A stretch of DNA of 64,000 nucleotides. It comes from an uncultured Gammaproteobacteria bacterium (lineage in GTDB: Bacteria > Patescibacteriota > Microgenomatia > CAYXHB01 > CAZYTL01). Location: contig CAZYTL010000003.1 in NCBI GenBank assembly GCA_964650355.1, positions 65,750 through 129,749 on the forward strand. The letters are read 5' to 3'. This document shows positions 18,610-27,629 of the stretch, one piece after another; positions within the stretch are counted from its first letter, which is position 1; each line of letters begins with the position of its first letter. The notes under the pieces are model-generated. The model did not search any database. It was not told where the DNA came from and was given only the letters and a program-made list of their open reading frames with translations. Both the position numbers and the translations under genes were made by a program.

Positions 18610-19064
18610 CCCTCCGTCCCGAAAAACACCACCGATCCCACCTTCATCCCCGAGTACAACTTCACCTTAAACGGCCCTACGTTAGAAATTTCCAAAGTCA
18701 ATTTATTGGACCTTCCCGGATCACAAAAATATGACGCCTGATAAATCGCCACCCCTAATTTTGCCAACTTTGTCCTCCCATCGAGCATTGCCGCTATCTT
18801 TCTTGATAAAGTAATCGTCTCTTTGGTCTCACTCACCACAAACATCCCTGGCTCCAACAGAAAACCCTCATCCTCCATCTCTGTCTCTTCGTACTCCGGA
18901 TCCGTCTTTTCTCGCAAATCAACCACCTGCCCCGGCTTGGGTATCCAGATTTTACTTCCTAATCGCACCTCATAAACCATCCCGTCGATTAACTCTTCAT
19001 CAAAAGGTTCAATGGAAATCTCCTCCTCCGCCATCGCCTGTTTAATCTGCACCCCACTTAACAT
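18606..19064 (-). CDS. short Dcd-fold protein, last gene of the nrdR-nrdJ operon
   Basis: ISIEPF, VRLG, GRTKLAKLG, DPG...LTLEISN; C-terminal arm missing. Confidence 0.75.
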   Translation of the reverse strand: MLSGVQIKQAMAEEEISIEPFDEELIDGMVYEVRLGSKIWIPKPGQVVDLREKTDPEYEETEMEDEGFLLEPGMFVVSETKETITLSRKIAAMLDGRTKLAKLGVAIYQASYFCDPGRSNKLTLEISNVGPFKVKLYSGMKVGSVVFFGTEG

Positions 19065-19067
19065 ACT

Positions 19068-21581
19068 TCACAAACTACACTCACTCCACCCGCAATCCTG
19101 ACAGGTCACACATCCGCTTTCATATACTACCCCTGCTCCGCACTCCGGACACACCGTCGTCTCTCCTGCTCCGGGTCGCACTGCCCTCATCACGGCCGGC
19201 TCCATTCTCAATTGCTCTGCCCCCCCTACCTCAACCGCTTTACTCACATGACCGTTCAGACTCCCGTTTCCCTGCCCGGCTAATTTCTGCCTCCTGCCTG
19301 TCTCACCGTGTATCGTACCATTTGTGTTCCCCAACTCTCCTTTTACCCCTTCAGCATCTACTCTCTCTCCTGTTCTAACTTTCGATTCCTGCTTACCCAC
19401 TTCTCCAATAGGAACTTCGACCCTCTTCTCCTTCACTTTTTCTTTTGCCAAATTCAGCACCTGATCCTGCTTGCTCCCGTCCCGATAAATCGTAATCCCC
19501 TTGCATCCCAATTTCCAAGCTAACAAATAAGCCTTCTTCACCTCCCCCACCGTCGCCTCGTGTCTGAAATTAATCGTCTTAGAAATCGAATTATCAAACC
19601 ACTTCTGCCAGGCTGCCTGAATCTTCACATGCCAGGTTGGGGCAATCTCGTGCGTAGTCACAAACACCTTATAAAACCACCCCGGCAACCCTTCAACTGC
19701 TTTTAATCCCTGTTCCGCCGCCACCGCCAACACCGCATCCAGATCCTCCAGGATCTTTCCATTAGCTTTTAGCTTATAGCTCTTAGCTCTTAGCTGTTTT
19801 TGAAGAGCATCTTCAAAAACCTTGTCCACCATCATAAATTCCCTTGTCGGTCGATTCTTCTTGTCGTCCTCGTTAAACGCCTTTCTCAAAGTTACCAACG
19901 AAAACACCGGTTCAATCCCGCTGCTTGTGTTCGCCAACAAACTAATCGTCCCCGTCGGCGCAATCATCGTCAAAGCACAATTACGGTACTTCTCCGCCGA
20001 CCCTGCATAAATCGACACATCCCAGTTCGGAAAAGTCCCTCTTACCTTAGCCAGCTCCAAGCTCTCTGCCTCTGCTGTTTTATGAATAAACTTTGCCAGT
20101 CTGCTTGCCAACCGTACCGCTTCCTGAGAATTATAAGGAATCCCCAACAAATAAAGCATATGCGCAAACCCCATCACTCCCAATCCAATCCTCCGGTTCC
20201 CATGCTTCACCATCTGCTCAATCTCCGGTATCGCATAAGTATTCACCTCTATCATGTTATCCAAAAAGCGAATTCCCAATCTTACCGACTTTTCCAAATC
20301 TTCCCAATCAATCTCATATTCCCCTTCATTAATTTTTGATCTTTGCTTTTTGCTTTTTGCTTTTTTAGTCAAGTGCTTATGTAAACAAATACTCGTTAAA
20401 TTACATGATTCATAAGGCAGCAAAGGAATCTCCCCACAGGGATTCGTCGCATCAATCTTCCCTATCGCCGGTGTTGGGTTATCCTCTTCCATCCGGTCCA
20501 AAAACGCCAGTCCCGGATCCCCGCTTACCCAAGCGTGTTCCGTAATCAAATCAAACAACTCTCTGGCTTTCATTCTCTTCCACACCTCTCCATTCCGCGG
20601 ATTCCTCAACTTCCACATCTCATCCCTCTCTACCGCCTCCAAAAACTCATTTGTCACCCCCACACTAATATTAAAATTCTTAATCGTCCCGTCCTCGTCT
20701 TTCAAATGTATAAACTCCTCAACATCCGGATGATCCACATTCAAAATCGCAATATTGGCTCCCTGCCTCTTCGCCCCCTGCAAAATCTGCGCCAAAGTTG
20801 CTGAATACGCCCGTAAAAAGTCCACCGGACCGCTCGCCGCCCCAGGCACATTTTTCACCTTATCGCCGTGCGGCCTGATCCTGCTAAAATTAAACCCTGT
20901 TCCCCCGTTATTCTTGTGCACTACCGCCGCATCTCCCAAAGTCTTAAAAATCGACTGAACCGAATCCTCAATCGGCAACACAAAACATGCGGACATCTGT
21001 CCGCTCCCTCCCGGATTGCCAGCCTCGAACATCGCCTTCCCCGTTGGTAAAAATTTCCAGTTCACCAACCGCTCATAAAACTGCTTTGCCATATCCTTTA
21101 CCTCTCCGTTACCCGACCACTGAATCTCTGCTTTAGCCATATGCTGTGCCACCCGCCAAAACAATTCTCCCGGAGACTCAATCACCTTTCCTTCCATATC
21201 CGTCCGCAAATACCTCTTCTTAGCAATCTCCATCCCCACTTCACTCATCTCCGGCTCCACCAGTTTCACCTGTTTCTTCTGCGCCTGCTCCTTTCTCTCC
21301 CGGTACAAAATATAATACCGCGCCGTTTTAAAATACCCGGCTTCAGCCATTGCTGGTTCCACCACATCTCGGATCTCCTGAGTAGAAATCCTTTCCTTCT
21401 TTACTTTACTCAACCTTTCTCTCACCGTCCTCAAAATCCCCTTTGCTTCCTTTTTGCCAAACGCCTTAGTATCCTTTCCTGCCGCCACCACACTCCTCTC
21501 CACCTTCCCCCACTCAAAGGGTTGCTCAGTCCCATCATTCTTAACGACCATCTTGATTATTAACTTTCTTAATCTCGCCAT
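19068..21581 (-). CDS. nrdJ: class II (adenosylcobalamin-dependent) ribonucleotide reductase with N-terminal ATP cone
   Basis: VVKNDG ATP cone, SACFV, GGTGFNFS, TNPCGEIPL, SCNL, IAPTGT, ISKTIN, C-terminal CPEC...CQDCGWSEC. Confidence 0.9.
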   Translation of the reverse strand: MARLRKLIIKMVVKNDGTEQPFEWGKVERSVVAAGKDTKAFGKKEAKGILRTVRERLSKVKKERISTQEIRDVVEPAMAEAGYFKTARYYILYRERKEQAQKKQVKLVEPEMSEVGMEIAKKRYLRTDMEGKVIESPGELFWRVAQHMAKAEIQWSGNGEVKDMAKQFYERLVNWKFLPTGKAMFEAGNPGGSGQMSACFVLPIEDSVQSIFKTLGDAAVVHKNNGGTGFNFSRIRPHGDKVKNVPGAASGPVDFLRAYSATLAQILQGAKRQGANIAILNVDHPDVEEFIHLKDEDGTIKNFNISVGVTNEFLEAVERDEMWKLRNPRNGEVWKRMKARELFDLITEHAWVSGDPGLAFLDRMEEDNPTPAIGKIDATNPCGEIPLLPYESCNLTSICLHKHLTKKAKSKKQRSKINEGEYEIDWEDLEKSVRLGIRFLDNMIEVNTYAIPEIEQMVKHGNRRIGLGVMGFAHMLYLLGIPYNSQEAVRLASRLAKFIHKTAEAESLELAKVRGTFPNWDVSIYAGSAEKYRNCALTMIAPTGTISLLANTSSGIEPVFSLVTLRKAFNEDDKKNRPTREFMMVDKVFEDALQKQLRAKSYKLKANGKILEDLDAVLAVAAEQGLKAVEGLPGWFYKVFVTTHEIAPTWHVKIQAAWQKWFDNSISKTINFRHEATVGEVKKAYLLAWKLGCKGITIYRDGSKQDQVLNLAKEKVKEKRVEVPIGEVGKQESKVRTGERVDAEGVKGELGNTNGTIHGETGRRQKLAGQGNGSLNGHVSKAVEVGGAEQLRMEPAVMRAVRPGAGETTVCPECGAGVVYESGCVTCQDCGWSECSL

Positions 21582-21677
21582 ATAAAACTAAGTATTTAGT
21601 ATCATGCCCGTCTAAATTGTCCCCAAACTATTTTCCTGTCTGCATTTATCTGTTTTACATCGGTTTTCATCACTTGT

Positions 21678-24365
21678 CTAGCACTCCGAATAACCGCATC
21701 CGTGACACGTCTTGCATCCCATTTCATAGACCAGTGTCGCATTTCCGCAATCCGGACAAATATCAGCTGACCTGGCCACCAAATGCATCCCCGCTTCCCT
21801 TGATTTTCCATCAGTCACCGGGGGGTCAACTGCCTCATCTTCCCCTTTTTCATCATCTGTAATCTTCAATTGCATCCCGTCCTCAGCCGTTGACTCTTGA
21901 TGCTTGGAATCTGTCGTTACTGCTTGGTGTTGCTCCCCAAACCCAATCAGTCCCATATCTATCGCCATCGCCTTAGCCACCGCATCCGGCAGAGAATAAA
22001 CCTTTCTTGTCCCGAACCCCACTGACCTGGAACTACCGATCCCGGCTAACTGATCCACAATCAACTTTGCTCTCTCACTCGAAGACAAATTACTGTTAAA
22101 CTTCAAAGACTTTGATATCAACCGCCCCAATGCCTCTGCCATCGCCTGAATATCACTCCCTGCTCTGCCAATATTAATAAACACTTCCACCGGCGATCCG
22201 TCCTCATCATGATTCACCGTCACAAACGCTCTTCCGATCGGTGTATCCATCTTATAAGTCGCTCCCACCACCTTCATCGGCCTCAACCACGAAACTGGTT
22301 TATCCTCCATAGCTTTAGCAAAGGAGGGCTGGCCCTCTGTCGTTCCTGCTAAGACGGATTTTTCCGCCAACCCATTTCCTTTATGCTCTTTATCTGATGC
22401 GCTAGCGCGAATCAGAGTTCCCTCTCTCGACCCCTCCCTCATATACGAAATCCCTTTACAACCTGTTTTGTAAGCCAACTCATATAACCTTTTCACCTCT
22501 TCCACCGTATGAGTCTTCGGGGCATTCACTGTCTTACTAATCGATGAATCAGTATACTTCTGAATCAAAGCCTGAATCTCCACATGCTCTTCAGGACTCA
22601 AATCATCCGCTACCACAAAATACTCCGGCAAACTTCCTTTCTCCAAATTCCCCTCTACCAATCCGCCGGAGGCACCATCATTTTGCTTTTTGCTTTTTGC
22701 TTTTTGCTTTTGTTTCATCCACTCCTCATAGAGTGGATGAAACATCGTCCTCTCTCCCAATCGATCCTTCTGAGTATAAACAAACGAAAACACCGGTTCT
22801 ATCCCCGAAGACGCTCCCGCCAGCAACGCAATCTTCCCTGTCGGCGCTTCCGTCAACAGCAATGCATTCCTTATCCCGTTCTGTCGGATCCTTTCTCTTA
22901 TCCCTTCAGGTATCGTCTTCATAAACCCGCTCGCCAAATACTGGTCAGTCTTAAACATGGGAAACGCTCCCTTCTCCTTAGCCAGCTCTATCGATGTCTC
23001 ATAAGCCACATCTCTCAACATCTTGTAAATCTTCTCAATCATCTCCAAAGATTCTGGAGATCCGTATCTCAGCTTCATCTTCATCAGCGCGTCCGCCAAC
23101 CCCAACGTTCCCAATCCTAACCGCCTCTCTCGCAACTGCCTCTTCTGAATCTGATTATATAAATAATTCTCTGCATCTACCGCATTATCCAAAAATCTCA
23201 CCCCCACTTTAATCAACCCTCTATAGTCTTCCCAGTCAAACCCTGGCCCCCCATTCTGCTTTGCAGAAACCAAGGCCGACAAATTTATCGACGACAGATT
23301 GCACACTCCGAACGCCGGCAACGGTTGCTCCCCGCATGGATTAGTAGAAACATTCTTCTCAAAATACCACGTATTATTCATCCTATTCGCCCTGTCCATA
23401 AAATAAATCCCCGGCTCCGCGCTTCCCCACGCCGACTCACAAATCAGATTCCACAACTCTCTCGCTTTTATGGTTTTGTACACTTTTACCGGATACCCTT
23501 TCTTCTCCCACTCTTCCAAGTCTCCGCCCCATTCACCCCGATATTTGGCAAAATCAGTCTCTGGAAATTTCAACTCCCAATCGCCATCCTCCTCCACTGC
23601 TTTCATCAACTTGTCCGACACACACACACTTAAATTCGCCCCCAACATCTTTCCCTGCTCTTTCTTTACCATAATAAACTCTTCTACATCCGGGTGCCAA
23701 TCCCACAACATCATCATCAACGCCCCCCTCCTCGTCCCTCCTTGCTGAATAATATCGTGCGCCGTCACCGAATATAATTCCGCCCAGCTCACCGATCCTG
23801 AACTCGTTCCGTTCACCGCCTTCAAATAAGACCCTCTCGGCCGTAAACTCGACAAATTAAATCCCACTCCTCCTCCCCGAGCACTAATCTCCGTCACCCT
23901 TTCCAAAGTCTTAATAATCCCCTTCCGCGTGTCCTCCGGGTCAGGAATCACAAAACAATTAATCATCGTCGTTTCCGTTCCCGTCCCTGCCGAAGTTAGG
24001 AACCTCCCCGCCGGACAAAAACGAAAATTTTTCATTGCCGCATAAAACTTCTCTTCCCATTCCTCTCTTAACTCAGTAGTCTTCTCCTCTTGAGCCACCG
24101 CCCAGGCCACCCTCCGCCACATCTGTTCCGGAAATTTCTCCATCGGTTCCCCTTTCTTATTCTTCAACGCATATCGATCTAAAAACAACTGCCTCCGAAT
24201 CCCCTCCAACTCCGTTCCTTGATCCATCGCTACAAAATGCCTACCATTCTCTTTTCCTTGATCTCGCCTTTGCTCTCCTGCCACTCTATTCCCACCTCGC
24301 ACATCTCCACCCCCTCTATTCTGATTAGTATTGATTACCTGATCCGGATAACCATTATTTGTCAT
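21678..24365 (-). CDS. nrdJ: class II ribonucleotide reductase with TSCPD-like domain and zinc ribbon
   Basis: INCFV, GGGVG, TNPCGEQPL, VCNL, APTG, ISKTVN, YSLPDAVA, CPDC...CHGCGYSEC. Confidence 0.9.
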   Translation of the reverse strand: MTNNGYPDQVINTNQNRGGGDVRGGNRVAGEQRRDQGKENGRHFVAMDQGTELEGIRRQLFLDRYALKNKKGEPMEKFPEQMWRRVAWAVAQEEKTTELREEWEEKFYAAMKNFRFCPAGRFLTSAGTGTETTMINCFVIPDPEDTRKGIIKTLERVTEISARGGGVGFNLSSLRPRGSYLKAVNGTSSGSVSWAELYSVTAHDIIQQGGTRRGALMMMLWDWHPDVEEFIMVKKEQGKMLGANLSVCVSDKLMKAVEEDGDWELKFPETDFAKYRGEWGGDLEEWEKKGYPVKVYKTIKARELWNLICESAWGSAEPGIYFMDRANRMNNTWYFEKNVSTNPCGEQPLPAFGVCNLSSINLSALVSAKQNGGPGFDWEDYRGLIKVGVRFLDNAVDAENYLYNQIQKRQLRERRLGLGTLGLADALMKMKLRYGSPESLEMIEKIYKMLRDVAYETSIELAKEKGAFPMFKTDQYLASGFMKTIPEGIRERIRQNGIRNALLLTEAPTGKIALLAGASSGIEPVFSFVYTQKDRLGERTMFHPLYEEWMKQKQKAKSKKQNDGASGGLVEGNLEKGSLPEYFVVADDLSPEEHVEIQALIQKYTDSSISKTVNAPKTHTVEEVKRLYELAYKTGCKGISYMREGSREGTLIRASASDKEHKGNGLAEKSVLAGTTEGQPSFAKAMEDKPVSWLRPMKVVGATYKMDTPIGRAFVTVNHDEDGSPVEVFINIGRAGSDIQAMAEALGRLISKSLKFNSNLSSSERAKLIVDQLAGIGSSRSVGFGTRKVYSLPDAVAKAMAIDMGLIGFGEQHQAVTTDSKHQESTAEDGMQLKITDDEKGEDEAVDPPVTDGKSREAGMHLVARSADICPDCGNATLVYEMGCKTCHGCGYSEC

Positions 24366-24440
24366 AAACAAATTTTTATCTTAAATTACTTTATAAATTA
24401 ATAGTTGATTTCTCATTTCCCCATTTGATAACGTATCCAG

Positions 24441-24890
24441 TTACGCACTCTCTTTTTCTATAATCTTCTCAAAATCATTTAAATCTTCGAATTCCAAATA
24501 CACACTCGCAAATCGCAGCCAGGCTACTTTATCCAGCTTCTTAATCCTTCTCAACACTACCTGGCCCACCTTTTTACTGGGAATCTCTGCATCGCCTATC
24601 CTTAACAACTCCCGTTCTACCGCATCCACCAGTGAGTCAATCTTCTCTACCGCCACGGGCCGCTTATTAAACGCCCTCCGAATCCCTTCCTCCAACTTCT
24701 GCCGATCAAATGGCTCTCTTTTCCCGTCCTTCTTCACCACCATCAACGCTTGGCCTTCAACCCGTTCATAAGTCGTAAACCTTCGCTTACACTTCCCGCA
24801 CTCTCTCCTCCTCCGCAGAGACTCCCCGTCAATCCCTGCCCTAGACTCCAATACCGAAGTTTCCGTTGAATTACAAAAAGGACATTTCAT
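24441..24890 (-). CDS. nrdR: transcriptional repressor NrdR
   Basis: MKCPFC, RRRREC..C..RFTTYE, ATP cone, RFASVY. Confidence 0.96.
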   Translation of the reverse strand: MKCPFCNSTETSVLESRAGIDGESLRRRRECGKCKRRFTTYERVEGQALMVVKKDGKREPFDRQKLEEGIRRAFNKRPVAVEKIDSLVDAVERELLRIGDAEIPSKKVGQVVLRRIKKLDKVAWLRFASVYLEFEDLNDFEKIIEKESA

Positions 24891-24989
24891 AAATAAATCA
24901 ATTGCTAAACTGCTCTATTGTCAAATAGTTAATAGCGCATCTTATAAACCAACAGTTTAACCGTTCAACATTTAACAATATCTCTTTTT

Positions 24990-25037
24990 CCCCTACATTT
25001 AGTGGCGGTATTAACTATCACCCACTAGTCCTAGTAT
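24990..25037. promoter_or_regulatory. tandem NrdR boxes overlapping the nrdR operon promoter
   Basis: cccCTAcattTAGtgg (24990-25005) and ccaCTAgtccTAGtat (25022-25037), 32 bp apart; TTGACA on the - strand at 25037-25042. Confidence 0.7.
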
Positions 25038-25445
25038 GTCAAGACCCAAACCGCAACTCCTTCATCTTTAATCGCCCCTTATCAGCCATCTTCTAATTAC
25101 TGAACAATTACCGCCACCGGCTCTCGCTCCCCTCTTCTTACCACCCATGCCTATCTTTTACCATCTTCGTCTACCCCTTCGCCACTCTTTTATCTCCCCT
25201 TCTCTCCCCTGTAAATTAAATGTACCCAAAAACCAATTTCCACCAAAACTCCGATCATCCCCATTACCCAAAAAGCACAAAAAAATACTCTAATTACCAA
25301 CTTTCTCGCCGCCTCATCCCTAACTCTTCCTCTCTTAATTCTTACTAGTTACGCAATTTCTGAATTGCTAATTACTATTTACCAATTACTTCTTCTTCCT
25401 AATTCTTACTATTTACCGATTACTGATAACTGATTACCGCTTACC

Positions 25446-26018
25446 CTACTTCACCGCCATCAATTTAGGAACATTCAACAACTCCGTCACCCGCGGTCGC
25501 ACCTCTTCCGGCACCGTCTTCTCCAAATCAGACAACAACGCATAATGTAACTGCGCACTATCCAGTAACTCCTTCTTCCACACCCCATCTTGATACATAT
25601 CTTCACTCTCAATCGCATCCGTCAAATATCCTTCGGCCTTCATTAAGGTTTCCAAAGCCAGACTGGTCTTACCTTTTTCGCTCAATTCCCAACCTGACCG
25701 TAACCGCTCATTGGCTAAATACAACAATCGGCGACCTTTCTCCGCCTGAGTCTCTCCCAATCTCCACCACAACCAATCTCCCACCACCTTTACCGGATAC
25801 TCTACTTCCCCCGGCATCACCTTCGCCTTGGGTAACTTATCCGCCATTGACACTTCCTCTACCGTCGTCTTTGGATGATCATGATCCGCCAGCGTATCCA
25901 ATCTCTTTCCTGACCGCGCCCATACCGCTGCCTGTTGACCGTGCCACAATGACAAACCCATCACCCCTAAACCCATTCCCAGCCAGATTCCTGAGACTAT
26001 TAACTTTCTAAAATTCAT
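25446..26018 (-). CDS. membrane-anchored helical protein, DUF5667-like
   Basis: N-terminal TM; MPGEVEYPVK...LYLANERL pattern. Confidence 0.6.
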   Translation of the reverse strand: MNFRKLIVSGIWLGMGLGVMGLSLWHGQQAAVWARSGKRLDTLADHDHPKTTVEEVSMADKLPKAKVMPGEVEYPVKVVGDWLWWRLGETQAEKGRRLLYLANERLRSGWELSEKGKTSLALETLMKAEGYLTDAIESEDMYQDGVWKKELLDSAQLHYALLSDLEKTVPEEVRPRVTELLNVPKLMAVK

Positions 26019-26247
26019 AATTCAGATTCTTACCAATCTTCAACTTAGAAACGCCTTTTGACTCCGTAACGAAACTACGAAATAACAACGCTACGATTTT
26101 TTTACGAAATTTTCCGGTGCACTTTCTATTATCTCACAACCGCGCAAGGGGGAAAAGCCTATATACCCGTAAAAAACCCGAACAACAACCCTTTAATCTG
26201 CTCATCTCAGTCCAAATAAATCCCAATTGATTGCCTAACCAACCACT

Positions 26248-26278
26248 AAAAAGGCCGTGAACAAAAACGTTCACGGCC
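26248..26278 (-). terminator. intrinsic terminator
   Basis: perfect 10-bp stem ggccgtgaac/gttcacggcc followed by U5 on the - strand; second hairpin at 26303-26335. Confidence 0.8.
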
Positions 26279-26352
26279 CATGATCATCAGGAATTCTAGA
26301 CAGGGGCGGAGAGGAAGTGCGGTCCTCCCCGCCCCCAAGGGGGTAATCAGTC

Positions 26353-27186
26353 TCAAGGGACTACGATTCCCCCCCCGTCGTCGGGGCACCGCCCGTGACG
26401 GTCGGGGTCGCACCCCCCGTCCCCGCCACCGGCCGGATTCAACCCAAAGTCCACATCGAGGTAGACTTCGGGCTCGTTCAGCACCTTATAGGGTTCGGTT
26501 TGCACAACCTGAACCCCCACTCGGTGTTGGCCGTAGAATCCGGCAGGCGACCCGAAGGTCGCCTGCCACCCCGAGATCGGGGCGGGCTTCACCAGCTTCT
26601 GGAATTCGCGGGCATCATACAACCCGCGAATTTGCCCGTCAGGCGTACGTTCGACGGGCTCCCAGATGGCTGGGGACCCATCCCAGCGGAACGTCACCAG
26701 CCCGCCCCCCTCAGGGCGAACTTCGACGATCCGTGCCCCGACAACAATCATCGTGGTCGACGTGAGCGGCACCGGTGTAACCGTCGGCGGGATTGCCGTC
26801 GGAGTCGGGATGGGTGTCTCAGTGGGCGCCGGCGTCGGCGGTACTCGGGTGGGCGTGGGCGGCACTCGAGTGGCCGTTGGCGACGGAGTCGGCGTGTCCG
26901 TGGGCACCGGAGTGGGTGTGGGGGGCACCGGCGTGGGTGTGTCGGTCGGCACCGACATCGCCGTCGCCTCGGGCGTGGCCGTGGCAGCCAACCAGCTCCA
27001 ATCTCTGGTTGGCGTGGGCGGTACCGGCGTCTCCGTGGTCACAGGCACCGCAGACGCGAACTTGATAGTGATCTCGACGACCCCCGCACGGGCCGCCTCG
27101 ATCACCACCACCACCCCCATCAGGAGCACCAGAACCGCAAAAAACACCCCGAAAAACTCCATCAACAACTTCAGTCGCTTCTTCAT
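26353..27186 (-). CDS. GC-rich membrane-anchored/secreted protein with Pro-Thr linker
   Basis: AAAGGAG SD 8 nt before ATG 27186; hydrophobic N-terminus; PTPTP repeats; small C-terminal domain. Confidence 0.8.
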   Translation of the reverse strand: MKKRLKLLMEFFGVFFAVLVLLMGVVVVIEAARAGVVEITIKFASAVPVTTETPVPPTPTRDWSWLAATATPEATAMSVPTDTPTPVPPTPTPVPTDTPTPSPTATRVPPTPTRVPPTPAPTETPIPTPTAIPPTVTPVPLTSTTMIVVGARIVEVRPEGGGLVTFRWDGSPAIWEPVERTPDGQIRGLYDAREFQKLVKPAPISGWQATFGSPAGFYGQHRVGVQVVQTEPYKVLNEPEVYLDVDFGLNPAGGGDGGCDPDRHGRCPDDGGGIVVP

Positions 27187-27629
27187 TTGGAGGTCTCCTT
27201 TCGAAGCGTATACGGCCACCCCTTTCGGGACAGCCAAGACCAATCACGAGAAGCTAGAGACAAAGTCAGTAATCAGGTAATTGATAATAATTAATCGTAA
27301 TTCATTGACAATCACTCCTAACAACCAATTACTTAATTACCAATTACTACTGATTACAACCTCTTATCCCCAACTTCCCATGATCGGTCACTTCTTCCAG
27401 ACAGCCTCCATTCAGCCCCTTGATATTCCTGATTTTCAAAGTACTTTCCTAACCTATCTGAACTTCCAACGCATTGTCAGAATCCAAATGGTTAAGAAAT
27501 CGGCTTAGCCTCACGACTAAACCCAAACATCAATACTCTACCAGAGTTGAACCTAAATGTCAATACTATAAGACGGTCCACTATCTTCCCCTCGCCTCAA
27601 ATTTCCTAACCGTGTACAATATACCAACT

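Noticed and set aside
21587-21602. NrdR box between the two nrdJ genes
   Set aside because: CTA and TAG are 6 nt apart rather than 4, and there is no partner box
19068-24365. Inteins or introns in the RNR genes
   Set aside because: The inserts are short low-complexity or palindromic peptides; no intein terminal motifs or homing endonuclease seen
25300-25445. CRISPR array in the repetitive intergenic tracts (also 27320-27360)
   Set aside because: Only degenerate heptamer repeats; no constant repeat with unique spacers and no cas genes
26280-27294. Long + strand ORFs (161, 299 and 204 aa) over the GC-rich island
   Set aside because: Shadows of the GC-rich PT-repeat gene; the SD, hydrophobic N-terminus and terminator all support the - strand
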